Notes under the pieces: model-generated
What the model was told of the DNA's origin: nothing
The model's input: the letters and a program-made list of their open reading frames with translations, nothing else
The model's database searches: none
Shown here: in pieces, positions 35,280 to 47,570 of the stretch
Position numbering within the stretch: the first letter of the stretch is position 1
Layout: each line of letters begins with the position of its first letter
Assembly (NCBI GenBank): GCA_964199315.1
Contig: OZ116702.1
Location: 10,664,001 to 10,728,000 of the forward strand
DNA length: 64,000 nucleotides
Direction: 5' to 3'
From: Orbicella franksi
Lineage: Eukaryota
Made by a program: the position numbers and the translations under genes

Positions 35280-37056
35280 CTGGCAAGTTATTTTCATCGC
35301 ATGGCCTCCATTTGTCAAATTTCTCACTGTACCCTTTGAAATGAATTTTACCCATGTTTCTCACTTTGTCAACCTGTGTTATCTCCACTGGATAAATATT
35401 CCTGTCCGTAGCTTTTAATTTCTTGTAATTCTTGGGCTTAGCTTCTGCAAATTTGTCAATAAATCTCTTCGGAATCTTACATTCCCGCTTCGCTCTGTTG
35501 TCCACCAAATTTGGCTGGTTAGACGGACTTCTAGACGCAGTTTGTGGGAAAAAAATTACAGACAAATAGATCACTTCAGTTTTATCTGACTAGAAGTATT
35601 CACATAAATGAGGCAAGGATTAAAATCAATTTTTCTTCTAATCTTGAGCTGTCAAACTTGTTAACCCATTGCCGCCTGTAACTGCTGGTGTGAAAAACCC
35701 CTCCGTTTCCCTGTGCCGCCTGTAGACCACTGAAAAAAAGCATGTGGGGACAATTGTCCTTCCTTTCGTCCCTGAACGTTTTGGTATTGTCCTTGAGGAC
35801 AAATAAACCAATCAGAATGGACTTTCAGAGTCTAATTTTAGAGGACTTTAAGGGTCCTAGAGAGATGGTGGTTCTTAAAATTGTGCGCTAGAAAAGTGCA
35901 GGTAATCATGGCGGGTTTGGGGGCCAAATCTTTTAACTTCCAAGGTGTTGTTTTCATTCCTAACACAGAAATTACTGCTTCGGGATTTAACATAGAAAGG
36001 AAAAAGACAAATCAATGTTTAGTTGGCCTCAGAATGGAAGGTCAAGGAGTACAGAGTCCTCAGACCTTTCTGGTGAAGAACTTTTTATTCCTGCAACTGC
36101 TGCGAAAACATGATCAAAGCGCTTTCAAGTATGTTTTGAATACAGATCACACATTTAAAGCAGCTTTTTGGACTTAAGAAACATAAATGGTAATGTACAA
36201 TATTACTTTGAAGTTGAAAATGACTGCAAAAGTGGTCAGTAAAAACTCCAGCTTTGGCTTCCATATGTGCAGGGAAATATTTTGCAAGAAGGAAAAAAAT
36301 TTCAATGGCTGACTTAAAGGCAAGAAGCACAAACAGAGAGTTGAACAAAATAAATGCCAGGCATTTTAGTGGAGCAGAACTTGAAGTACTACTAAACAGT
36401 TGAATTTTTTGGTCATTGCCCTTCTTTTGTTTTTGGTTAACGAGACCACTATTGACCACTTTGTCCACTAAACTGGCAAAGCTTGAAACATAAATGTACT
36501 AGTTATTTATTGCTCAAATATTTTGAGTCGAGTGCTATTTTTTTTTGACTCAGTGGTGTACATGTGCCCTTTCAGTACCATGTGCAAATATTTTGAATTT
36601 TGTTTATGTTCTTGTTAGACTGTATTTCAGTTGTTACTTACATCAAAAGAAGCACTTTCTGCACCCTGAATGTTTGCAGTAACATTCACTGTGGCCTTCT
36701 TCTCAATTGCTTTTTCAAAATGGTGATTAATATATTCCCCCTCCTCACGATCATCAGAATATTCGCTCTCACCTAGAACTTAAAGAGAGTTAAGGCAATT
36801 CCAATTTAGATACAAGAATTTGTCCAATAGTTAACAATTTAGTGCCAACTTACAAACATCACTTACAATACATTAACCTGCTTACAATACTTTGCATTAC
36901 ATTACTTGCTTACAAAATCTTGAAATCTTGAAGTTATGGATCTAAATTAATAATAATAAATCATTTGTTACTATTGATAGACCGGCCAGCCTAGACTAGC
37001 ATAACTATTTGCGGGCCAGTCCAACTGTAAAATGTAGATTTATCAAGAAATAAAAA

Positions 37057-37335
37057 ATGATGATGATGATGATGATGATGATAAATTTGATTGGTAGTTC
37101 AGTAAAAATCTTGGGTCCTTGATAGTGAAAGCTCTTCTTCCCAAATTCAAGGTGAACTTTAGGGAGTTTAACTGATAAACCATTGTTCCTTGTGTTCTTA
37201 GAGTGAAGTGATCTAATTCTTGTCAATGTCTCTACCTATTAGACAAAAAAGTATTGAATTAAAAAATCTACTTGTAGCAACACTTTCAGTATTGACTATT
37301 ACAGGATTCATTTGAATTCTACTGAAAGGAGTTGG
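37057..37335 (-). mobile_element. LINE (L2/CR1-group) 3' end fragment with (ATC)n tail
   Basis: HSKNTRNNGLSVKLPKVHLEFGKKSFHYQGPKIFTELP matches the typical ORF2 C-terminus, followed by (cat)n on the minus strand. Confidence 0.7.
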
Positions 37336-37339
37336 TAAC

Positions 37340-37960
37340 TTATCCTCATGAGATGTGTGTCGCGCATACAGTTGGATAATATTACCCCATTGTTGTTGCT
37401 AATACATTGCAGTGGGAAAAATCCGAAACTTTGCAGCCGGGTACTTGAAGGGAGGAGATCGAGTTGAGCATCATCTGCTTCTAATTTTTGGCCTATCTGT
37501 TGTCATGTGACTCACTGGTTGACCTCATCGCAGACTTTTCACAGAGAAAACTGTCACAAGCTTCCTCGCTTTGCCATGTTTGATCAGTGGAAGTAAATGC
37601 ATGGGAACGGCATTCATGCAAACCCAGACCTCATTTAGGTTTCAACAGTTTTTACAGCTTGTTATGAGTAACAATTTACATCATGAAATCTTTAAGAATA
37701 TACCAAGCAGTAGATGTTTGACACCTGTAACACTCTTTGTCAATTTCACAGAGTTCTTATTCATCTTCCTTGATATCAGAATAACACCGTTTTCCACTCA
37801 AACCTTGTGAGATGTAAAGGCTCGGCACCATCTTGGTTTTGCTTGATTTGCCAAGAGAAGTAGATCAACTTTCTCTGGCTGTAAACTGGTTTCCTGCAAA
37901 TTTCCTCTTTTTCTTCTTTGAATGGAACTTTCTGAACATTTTGGGAAACCAAGCAGCAGA
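37340..37960 (-). pseudogene. Highly decayed Kolobok/Mutator-like transposase 5' fragment
   Basis: KKKRKFAGNQFT motif and later ...VPGCKV..., resembling the N-terminus of Kolobok-type transposases; many stops. Confidence 0.35.
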
Positions 37961-40900
37961 AAAATGAACTAGAAATGTACTTGGGACGAGTGAGTCACAC
38001 TTGCCAACACAGCAACAATCACACAATTGGTTGGTCAGTGTATCTTGTGAGACCACGCAAACTGGTTGCCCCAGACCCCCCTCGAGTAAGAATCACTTGT
38101 TTTGTTTAAAAGCAGTTTATTGGTATGAAAATAACATTTTTTGCCTTGGAAATGAAATAACGTTGTTCAATTATTCTAAAAGCTTCTATAAGGGGACAAA
38201 AAGGGAAAAAAAAAAATCAATCCAGTGGCTTCTCTACTGCTTAAAAATATAAATATTGCACTTTTTGACAAAATTGAGGTTTTACTCATGAATAATAGAT
38301 GAGGTCTAAGGGTTGGTGCCTATTAGATATTGATTTATTGAATTGAATCACTATAGTAGTGAAAAAAATTAATTGTATGTGTCAGTGAAAACAAAAGAAT
38401 TAAAAAAAATTGAAAACGAAAGCCAGTAATGTTGGTTTCCAGACTTAATCTGGATCCTTACAAGATATGACTTAAAATGGCATTAAATGGTCAAACAAAA
38501 CAACAGATAAATAACAAAAAGTAAATTATTCATTTTGAGTAAAGGATGGAGTTCTAGGACCTCAATCAAATCTCAATACAAGTAATTTTTAATTTGTTCC
38601 ACTAAAAATGAAATCCTTTATTTGGTGTACCAAGTGTTTAAAAATAACTTGAAAATACTTATTGTTATGAATAAAATTCTGACATGCATGGCAAAGTATT
38701 TACCTCTCAAAGTAGACTGAAAATCAATGTTTAGCCAATGGAAGAACGGCAAATCAAGGTCTGCTTTCTTTACAAGCTCCAGCACAATCTTTGGACTGTT
38801 TTCTACACAAGTCTTATGGTCAAAGATAGCACCTAGGAGATGGCAAAGAACTATGAAGCATCCTTCCAAATCATCAGTAGTAGATGCTCTGGGCAGCCAG
38901 TGCAACAATCACCTCTCTGCTTATTCCCTTGATCTTCTTGATTGGTCTAGAATTTAATCAAAAGAGAAATAACTGCAATGATTAGAAAGACTGCCAACTA
39001 CAAAATATTTAAATTGCACATCCTGTGGAATGGACTGATTTATTTCTACCTGTTTAAAACCATGGTCGAGTAGGCTCTATTGAAATGATACCAAGTTGTG
39101 GCGTTCTCTAGGACTAAGTCAAGCATCTCATAAAATGTGTCATGAAAGGTTCTCTTCACTCGGACTACATCCATCGCTTGCCTTATGCCAGTTGTAAACC
39201 GAACATACAAAGCTAGCCAGTGTATGTGGTGGGACTTTGCACGGAGTGCTTTTGTTGCGGTCGCAAAGCTGGCCATGGCACGAGTGGCAAAGGCAGGAAG
39301 GATTTGGTGAGGAGTCTAATCTTTTCATAACACAATTTTGTATGATGGATTAATTTGATCCACTAAAAATGAAATCCTTTACTTGGTGTACCAAGTGTTC
39401 AGATATCGCTTGAAAATAGTTATGAATAAAATTCTGAAATGCAAGTAAATTGAAAACCATTTTCATTGTCTGTTACTATCAATTGTATTCTATGGCGTTA
39501 GGCAATGTCAGTTGGAGAGCTAAGGAAGAAAGCAAAAGACAGGCAACAGTGGTGGTCTCTGAGGTAACCAAAATGGCCATGTCAAGGGACTCTTGCTAGA
39601 AGTGTTTTTCATGTACAGTTCTCTTGGTAGCCCAAATAAAGGAGGCAAAGTTGTTTAATAGCTTTGGTTGGTCTTCTATACGACGATGACATTGCTGTTG
39701 ATGGAATAAGTGACCTCAGATGAGACTGTATATTTGGTGAGCTGTGGGTATAGAGAACTTATGGGTGGAACAAAAAGGTTGCAAATGGTGTAGCTGTAAG
39801 AGAAGGCTGGATTGAATTCTCTTGTATTTTATGATTCACGAAATGTCATGTCACCAGGAAAGCTTTGTGATCAAGTGGTGAATAAGCACCATTTGGAAAA
39901 ATGGTATGTTAAGGGTTGTTGACAAGCTATTGTTTGGATGAATACAAAAAAGGATCATTTCTTTACAAAGTGATATGTGTAAAGCATTTATGGTAACATG
40001 CACATTTAATCAACCCAAAATTCTCTACAATCAAATGCATTTGACTAGCTAGAAAAACTAGTTTTATAACAAACTTTTGGTGTCACCTATAGAAAAATTT
40101 AAATACACCAACAAACAAACAAAACTAATTTTAAAGTATAAAGAGGTTAAGTTGCTATCCAGCAAGCATTTTCACAAGAGGTGGCAGTACAAATTATGAT
40201 AACTTAATAACTATTTGTGAACAAATAAAAACTTACTAGGTACCACTATCAATCTAAACTGAAATGATCATTGTTAAATATATTGAAAGTATTACTAATA
40301 TCCACTGGAAAAGGTTAGTGAATGGCAAGGCAATCTTTGCTGGTACATGGTTTTACTTTGACAGCAACGTTAGTGAATGCTATCTCAGTGATGAGGTAGG
40401 CATCGTTCCCCTGCTGTTAGGAATGATTTTTCATTGCGTAATGGTGACTGGCAGAGCCCACAGTGTTCCTCAATTGGGAAGAAAATCACTGGCTATCCTC
40501 CTGAAACTCCAATACAGTAAGGGAATTTCCTTATCTCATCTGCAAGCAGAACTGTTGACTGTCTTTCTACAGAAGAATTTATACATGTAGAAGTAGATGC
40601 AGCAAATGCAAGTGTAGATGATGCAGCCTAGAAAGATGTGGATCAAGGAGCAGAACTAGAAACTAAACATGTAGTTAATCCAGATGATGATCATGATGGA
40701 GGCCTGGCACTGCTTTGGCAAGGACACAGATGACGATTCACAGGAAGTATTGGATGAAGGAGAAGTGGAGATTGATACCTGAGGCCTGTGAAGTGAGGCC
40801 AGAAGGAGGTAAAGATGTAGGCAGCAAGACCTAACAGAAAAATCTTTTGCTTTAGCTGCATAGCTGGAACAGTCTGAACCACGTTAAACCTTCCCACTTT

Positions 40901-42325
40901 TGTCTTTCTTGTTTATCTTGACATGACAGAAACAAAGTGGGTTGCTTGTAGTGGCCAGTCCAAACGCACCAAATGATTGTTTGGACACTTGTACTACTGA
41001 TGGTGTGTTGGAGGGTAGAGACGACAAAATCCCTGTCAATTCCTGACAAATCAACTCACTGCATGGATAGGACTCCCAAGACTAGTGTATAAACACCCAA
41101 AGGGCCTGCATTTGTGGTATTCTTAGCCAGCTTTATGTGGTCACACTGGTATGCTTTAACCAGACCGGTGTTCACATGGATGGACCAAGAAAGCTTGTAG
41201 TACTCCCTGGTGCAAAGCCAAATTTCATGTGCAGTTGTGACAAAACACCGGTCATCTCTGCCAGTCTGACAGGAAAACAAACCCTCCCATATTTCGCCTA
41301 TCCATCTGTTTGTGAATTAAACTTAAGTGTGGTATCTAGTGCATGCCAATTGTGGTGAGTGGCACTTTGAGCAATAAAGGTTAGTTCAGCAGAGAAAACA
41401 GAAGTGCCAAAATGTTTATGCACAATGAAAAACATGAAAAACATGAAAAACCTCAACATCACTTACGCACTGAAAAACCATTCAAGAATAAAATCTTTAA
41501 ATGTTTAGATGTTACTAAAAATTGTTCTAACTAAAATTTGGAAAGGCACTGCAAAGTATTTGTGTGTCTTAAGTGGTTGAAAACTAATGTTCTGTCCTGT
41601 TATTGTCAAGTGTTATTCTATGACCTCAAGTAATGTCTTGGTATACTTGCTAGATGTAGTTGCCTGTCATAATGGTTTGTCCATAGATTTTCATTAGTGT
41701 TGTAGCTCGTGTGCTTGTAGGACCCCTGGAACTATGCCTTCCTGCCCCCAGCAGGTTCGACAATGCTGGACAGGTCCAGGATGAAGAGCCGGACATGGGT
41801 AGTTTCCCTTCACGTGTGACAACTTTACCCAACACGAAACCAAAATTGTGGCAGTGAGAATTAAATGATCCAGACAATTGGACCCATTGCAGTTGATAGT
41901 TAAACCAAATCAGGAATCAGCATCTTAACAGCTGAGTTTCTGTTGCCAAAAGAAATCTGTCAACAGACAGTAGAAAAGGAGATGTAGCTGAGGAGAGCTA
42001 AGGAAGATAGCAAACGACAGGAAGTATTCCCAGTCACAAGTCATGGCCTTAGGGCACAAAGATGACTGAATAAGTGTGTGGATTTAACTCCAACCCTTCA
42101 ATAATGATGTTATTGTTTGAAGTTGAAGCAATTCCAATGTGTTACTGAATCCTTCAGAGAGCTGTTGGAGGGGTATGGGGTACTTTTGTACTTCAGGTGA
42201 CTGCTGTATAAGTGAGGAAACATGTAAGAGCAAGAGTTAACAAGAGCATGTTTGGCTGGTAGCTCTCTGTCTCAAGGCAATGTTTTAGTAGCTCTTAATT
42301 TTTCTAGGTACACGTGTATGTTTAT

Positions 42326-42990
42326 TTAAGCCTGAGGGATGAAAGTAGATATTTTGAGATCTTTCAACCTGGCATAAGCTCTCTTCATGCGGATTCTTGC
42401 TGTAACAAAGGATTTTTTTGCCTTTGCCTCACTTTTGTTGAAGACACAATTATTAAGAAAAGGTGGTATGTTGAATAAAACACCATTTGGCAGAATGTCT
42501 TGAATAAGAAAGACCTTGTCTGTCTGAATCATGTTCCTTGCGGCAAGATGATTTAACAGGCCTCATTGTTGCACTATGGCCTTGTCAGATATTGACCCAG
42601 GGTACAGTTTGCTTACAAATGTAATTATGGCACTTGGTGTAACTCCAACAATAGTATCCCTGTAGCTGGAATATGAAGCATTCTGTTGACCTATTAATGC
42701 CTGAGCTGCAACCTTCACATCACTACAGTTGATGACAATTCTTCAGGAGGTAAACCACGAAAAAGAAGATGGTGCATTCAAAGTATTTTTATCTCTTGAT
42801 GGAATGGTTATCTTGATTTCTTGAAACAAAATAGAATGCAGAACATGAATAAAAGCGGTGACAATATTTGCAATTCTTGACACATTGCATCCAAATAGCT
42901 GGGCAAGGTGCAGTTTGGTGTAATTCTGCCTGTGTTTCATTACAGTTGAAAAGGAAAACGGAAGTTAAGAAAAGGAGGAAATGGGTATTA
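42326..42990 (-). pseudogene. Decayed PIF/Harbinger transposase (DDE_Tnp_4-like)
   Basis: LAQLFGCNVSRIANIVTAFIHVL (HTH), FVSKLYPGSISDK, IQTDKVFLIQDIL, NIPPFL, ARIRMKRAYARLK. Confidence 0.8.
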
Positions 42991-43073
42991 TTTTCAATTT
43001 ATGCCTCCTCTTTCAAACCCCTGTCTAGTAACAGATTGTTGTTATATAGCATAAAATATTTAGCTGACATCAC

Positions 43074-43300
43074 TCACTGCACTCTCTTGGAATGGAAGAC
43101 AGAAGTCTTCTCACATCCTTCAGATCGGCATGGAAAGCTCTCTTGATTAGCCTGATCTACCTCGTGTGTTTGCTGTACCAAACTGGCTACTTCAGAATGT
43201 ACCACATATGTCTCCACATGTTTTCTGCAAAGTTCAGGCAACCACTGCATTTTTGTTTCTTTGACTGGATTTCTCTGCATTCATTTCAGTGGATGATGGT
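43074..43300 (-). pseudogene. Fragment of DUF6589-like transposon-associated gene; related fragments at ~51498-51704 and 52294-52545
   Basis: KMQWLPELCRKHVETYVV...FPCRSEGCEKTSVFHSKRV and AALIDYFGMD..TNQP resemble this family from memory; not searched. Confidence 0.3.
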
Positions 43301-44739
43301 TTCTCTGGAATTATTGGGTAGAAGATGAGTCCTTTCCCACGACAACAAAACTTATGTCTTGGGGTTTTCAGTTATGCATCTTATTCAGCTTCATCGAAAT
43401 GTGACCTTGACCTCCTTGAGTGATAATCAAGACAGAATAACGGCACTTATTAAAAACAAAACTTTGAGATTACATTGACTGTAAGTAATTGTCAAGACTG
43501 TTTCTTGACACTCTAATTTCCCTGCAAATTAGACAGATGATCTGGAATGGATTAAGGAGATTCATTTCCAAATGACTACTTCCCTCCAGCCTTTGGCTTG
43601 TCAAACTAATGGGAACTGAGAATCTTCTTCAATTAACTGATCACACTGGGCATTGTGTTCTACATCTAAAAGCCATGTGATCATTTTCCTCTATTATCAT
43701 GAAGCCCCATTTCTCTTTTCAGCTGTTCGGCAATAACTTCCTTGGTATGCACCACTCGTTTACCTCTACAATCGGAAGTTCTGGAGCACTTGCCTCTAGC
43801 TTGACCTCAATGGTTAACTTATAATTATCTCTAAGCACATCAATTGCAGAATGAAGGCTGCTGCAAGCTCTTTCCTCAATTTTTGCCTTGACCACTTCAT
43901 TGCCTACATTGAGTGGAAACTCATATGACACACAAATAAGTTCTTTGTGAACATAAAAAATATTGGCAACTTTGGAAGTAAAATCACTTGTCATTTTACT
44001 GTCCACATGGACCAGTTTGGAATTTTCTGAAGAGAAAGTCCCTATGTTCTACACTCTTGCTATCACTGAAACCCAGAGTGTTTTTCAAAGACAGGTTTTT
44101 CCTTGATAAATGGTACTGTTAGAGTTAATTTTGGGACTTTCCCTTCAAAGCTTTGAACTTGGACTGTAGTTGTCGGATACATTTCTCCTCCTCTGGATGA
44201 CGTTTGATTTCTTTGCATAATGTCACAGACAAACACAGCAGAAATTAGCAAATAACTTTATCATGTCCTGCTGAGTGACAAACTGAACTGGCTTCTTGTT
44301 TCCCAAGGTAGTAGTGGCTAGCGGTTTGCAGCTATTTTGAAGTTCGGACAGTTCACTTTGCTTCTTTGCTACTGCCTGTCTGACATCTTGCTTTTCTTTT
44401 GAAAGTTTCTGGAAGAATTTATCTGTGGGAGACCTGTACTGTTTATCAGCTGTGTCAGCAGCATTGTCAGTTCAAGACATTTTGCAGCTGAAAGAGATTT
44501 TGGTTTGTTAGCCAAGGGTAAACATCTTGGTAGATTTTGGAGACGGGGATGGAAAATTCCAAGAACGCTTTTGTGAAACGCAGTGCTTGGTGCCATGTGG
44601 TGTTATTGCCAACTTGTTTACTTTGAGTTGAATGACTTTCAGATTTTCTCGCATTGAAGCTCTCTCCATTTCAGTCATGTCAATAAATGAATCAAGATCT
44701 TGTACTGGTAGGTCAATCCAATCTTCTCTGTTGTTCGGC

Positions 44740-45839
44740 AGCGCCATCTTGTCTTTTTCCCGTGTAAACTTGGGAGTCGCAGACAAAGCCACTAGATGCT
44801 TTGGCGCAAACCCACGCTTTAATTCCACGCTTAACAGGCTTCATCGGCATATTGTTTCATTCCAAGCCGTCCCTTAAACTTTACCATCGCTTTGTCGACG
44901 GATAAATCTTTTTGCGCTCTCAGTTCCATTTTACAACATTGAACGACGCGATCAAGAACAGGGCGAACTTTGAACAATTTGTCATGTCCAGGATCTTCAC
45001 GAGGAACTTGATTTGCATTATTATTTAAATGAAAATACTTGGACAATTTGTCAAAGCGATTTCTCGACGTCACTTTTTGAACGAAAGGGACGCCAATGAG
45101 TGGATCCTCACTCCAGTAAAGGCGAGTTGCAGGCAACCTTTTGATGCCGAACAGCATGTGAAGACCGATAAAGGCTTTCGTTTCATCAAGCGTTGTGTCA
45201 TACCATTCATGGTCGGGCTTCGTAGCGATACATTCCTGTGCATAGCAGTTCGTTTCAGCGACAATTTGTTCTATAAGTTCTTCTGGAAACATCAAATAAA
45301 AGAAATCGATTGCAGTTCCATCTTCTGCAACTCCAGAAGTTGGGCCAGTAGCCTCAGTGAATGGGGAGACCTCAACAGGGTTTGGGTTTTCGTTCCACGT
45401 TTCTTCTTCGTCTTCTTCCTCTTCAAAGTCTGAAAGGTCTCCAGTAGAAACAGAAGAGACTGAAATATCTGACTCCAAGTCACTCTGATTTCTAGCTTCA
45501 AATCTTTCTCGTCTCCAAGCAGCAACAGTTTCTCTTTCTTCTTCGTCAAATCCCAAGAACACATCCTCTTCAACTTTGCTTTCGCTAACGGCCGCCATCA
45601 AACTTCAGTTGCGATTTTCATCGTGATGCTCAGTGAAAGCTTGTCATGTTTGACACGTAAAATGAAAGCTAAAACTCTTTTCTATTGGTTGAAAAACAAT
45701 GGAGCAGCCTAGCAACAATCTAACAGGTCTTTTGATTGGTCAGAATGAAGGTAGGTTTCAGAGTGCCAAATGGCACTCTCAGGAATAAGATGCAGTCACG
45801 CAAGAGTGCCATATGGCACTATCGGGGCTTAAAGGGTTA
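44740..45839 (-). mobile_element. 5' half of a piggyBac element (PGBD4-like transposase, truncated)
   Basis: Terminus TTAA-CCCTTT at 45839-45830. ORF 45601-44831 has FYLMFPEELIEQIVAETN, YWSEDP, SRNRFDKLSKYFHL, DKLFKVRP, SVDKAMVKFKGRLGMKQY; a frameshift then gives MPMKPVKRGIKAW...QVYTGK, ending abruptly at ~44740. Confidence 0.88.
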
Positions 45840-47570
45840 ACAAATAGGATTCTTCAGCAGAAAGCTTTGGACCTAAATGGCACATACCTTGATCACAGTA
45901 CCATGGAACAAGGGAAAAAAATGTAAGGATTGCACCAACAGTAAGGGCACTGCAGGAACCGTAGAGTGGAATTTTCAACCAATCCAGTGGATCAGTAGAT
46001 CCATGAATACTCTGTGTGGGGATTAAATTCACTCCATGTTGTGTGGCTTAGCTTGATCGCAATGCTGGAGAGCAAGGCAAGAAAAAAATTATATTAAAAA
46101 TTATTGCATCTATTATTGCATCTACTGTGAAGTGATCAATTAATCAATGCCTTACAGCTAACTGGCATTTCTGAGGCCTAGCCTCAGATCCAAAGTTGCA
46201 AGTTTCAAACTCAAGAATGAATGCTTTGTATTTCCTTCCAGATACCGCAGACCATGATGGAAATAGTAAAAGTAGCATCACTAGTGTTGTTGAATTGTTT
46301 TTTAATTAGCTTAAAAAAGACATATACATTAGAGAGTTTGTGAAGTGAAAGTCTTTAATGGTAACGTGGTTGCACAAAGATGGTGAGGTTGTCATCAATT
46401 GAAGCAGTTCTCTGAAAAAAGTATAAATGAAAGATAAGTCACTTTACTACAAATAATTGACCAAATTTAAGTAGTACATATAAACTAGGAATAACATGAT
46501 GAAACAATGGAAGCCAAATATTGAGATGCAAAAGCCTCCATATAAGTGAGGGCTTGTTACTGGGGGGCTGTGTGGCATCCACAATAAGGTAATCAATCAG
46601 TGCCTAACAGATAGGATTCCTCAGCAGAAACTTTGCCCTAACAAGCAGAAACCTTGGCTACAGTACCATAGAACAAGGGAAAAATCTAAGTATTGCCCCA
46701 CAATAAGGGTATTCACTGCAATGACTGCAGATTGGAATTTTCAACCAATCCAATGGATCAGTCGATCCAGGAATACTCTGTGTAGGGATTAAATTCACTC
46801 CATGTTGTCTGGCTTCGCTTTATCTCAGTGCCACAGAGCAAGGGGAAAAAGGAAAGATAAGCACTGTACCAACAATATGGTAATCAATCAACGTCTGACA
46901 GATAGGAATTCTCAGCAAAAAGCTTTCAATTGCACCTAACTGGTATATACCTTGCTCATAGTGCCATAGAACAAGGGAAAAAATCTAAGGAAGGGTGTTC
47001 ACTGCAGTGACTACGGATTGATGGTAATTTTCAACCAACCAAATGGATCAGTCAATCCAGGAAATACTCTGTACACCTCTAGAACCAAGTACCACAGAGC
47101 AAGGGAAAAAAATGGCTAAGAAACAGGATTCTTCAGCAAAAAGCTTTGCACCTAACTGGTATATAACTTGCTCACAGTACCATAGAACAAGGGGAAAAAA
47201 TCTAAAGATCACACCCACAATAGGGGTGTTCACTGCAATAACTACAGATTGTAATTTTCAATCAATTCAATGGATCGGTTGATCCGGGAACAGCGTGTGT
47301 AGGGATTAAATTCACAACATATTGTCTGGCTTTGCTTGATCACAGAACCACAGAGAAGGGGAAAAACAAATTTATATTCTGAAGGTTTGCACCTACTGTG
47401 AAGTGATCAATCAATGCCTTCCAGCTAACTGACATTTCTAAGGCCAGCCTCAAATTCAAAGTTGCATGTTTCGAACTCAAGACTTAATACTTTGTATTTC
47501 CTTCTAGATTTTGCAGACTATGATGGCAATAGTGAAAGCAGCATCACTCATCTTTTGAATTGTTTTTTGC
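45837..47570. repeat. Complex higher-order repeat, copy 1
   Basis: Built from ~100-170-bp subunits (gtaatcaatc..aacagataggatt..cagcagaaa..ccttgatcacagtacc..agaacaagggaaaaa). 45837-46915 aligns by eye with 53200-54238. Confidence 0.85.

Larger units (their letters stand above)
33029..35545 (-). pseudogene. Chromo-barrel (Tudor-knot)-like domain gene with unknown C-terminal domain, interrupted by a hAT-like insertion; convergent with the transposase
   Basis: 35545-35280: ...RAKRECKIPKRF...NIYPVEITQVDKVRNMGKIHFKGYSEKFDKWRPCDENNLP. After removing 33515-35284 the frame continues VIQLEPMSQPTNDSLSDRCKLF, then a 1-nt frameshift in a T-run, then VYREIKRKLYAG...FTFVRGDGNRCGYKNMVHH* (stop 33031-33029). 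Confidence 0.7.

Noticed and set aside
33029-35545. RAG2-like gene
   Set aside because: No kelch (GG...Y...W) repeats or PHD Cys pattern; the convergent gene is chromo-barrel-like instead.
35659-35700. TTAACCC at 35659 as the missing second end of the piggyBac at 44740-45839
   Set aside because: Beyond CCC the sequence (attgccgcc) does not match the TIR at 45835 (tttaagccc).
29000-36700. RSS-like heptamers (e.g. CACTGTG at 36687-36693, CACAGTG near 34334) as ends of the RAG1-like element
   Set aside because: No matching inverted partner, nonamer or TSD was found; one lies inside the hAT insertion. Expected by chance.
45829-46032. Similar small ORFs at 45829-46032, 47048-47233 and 53189-53395
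   Set aside because: They arise from the repeat subunits. Differences between copies are largely non-synonymous and other subunits carry frame-breaking indels.
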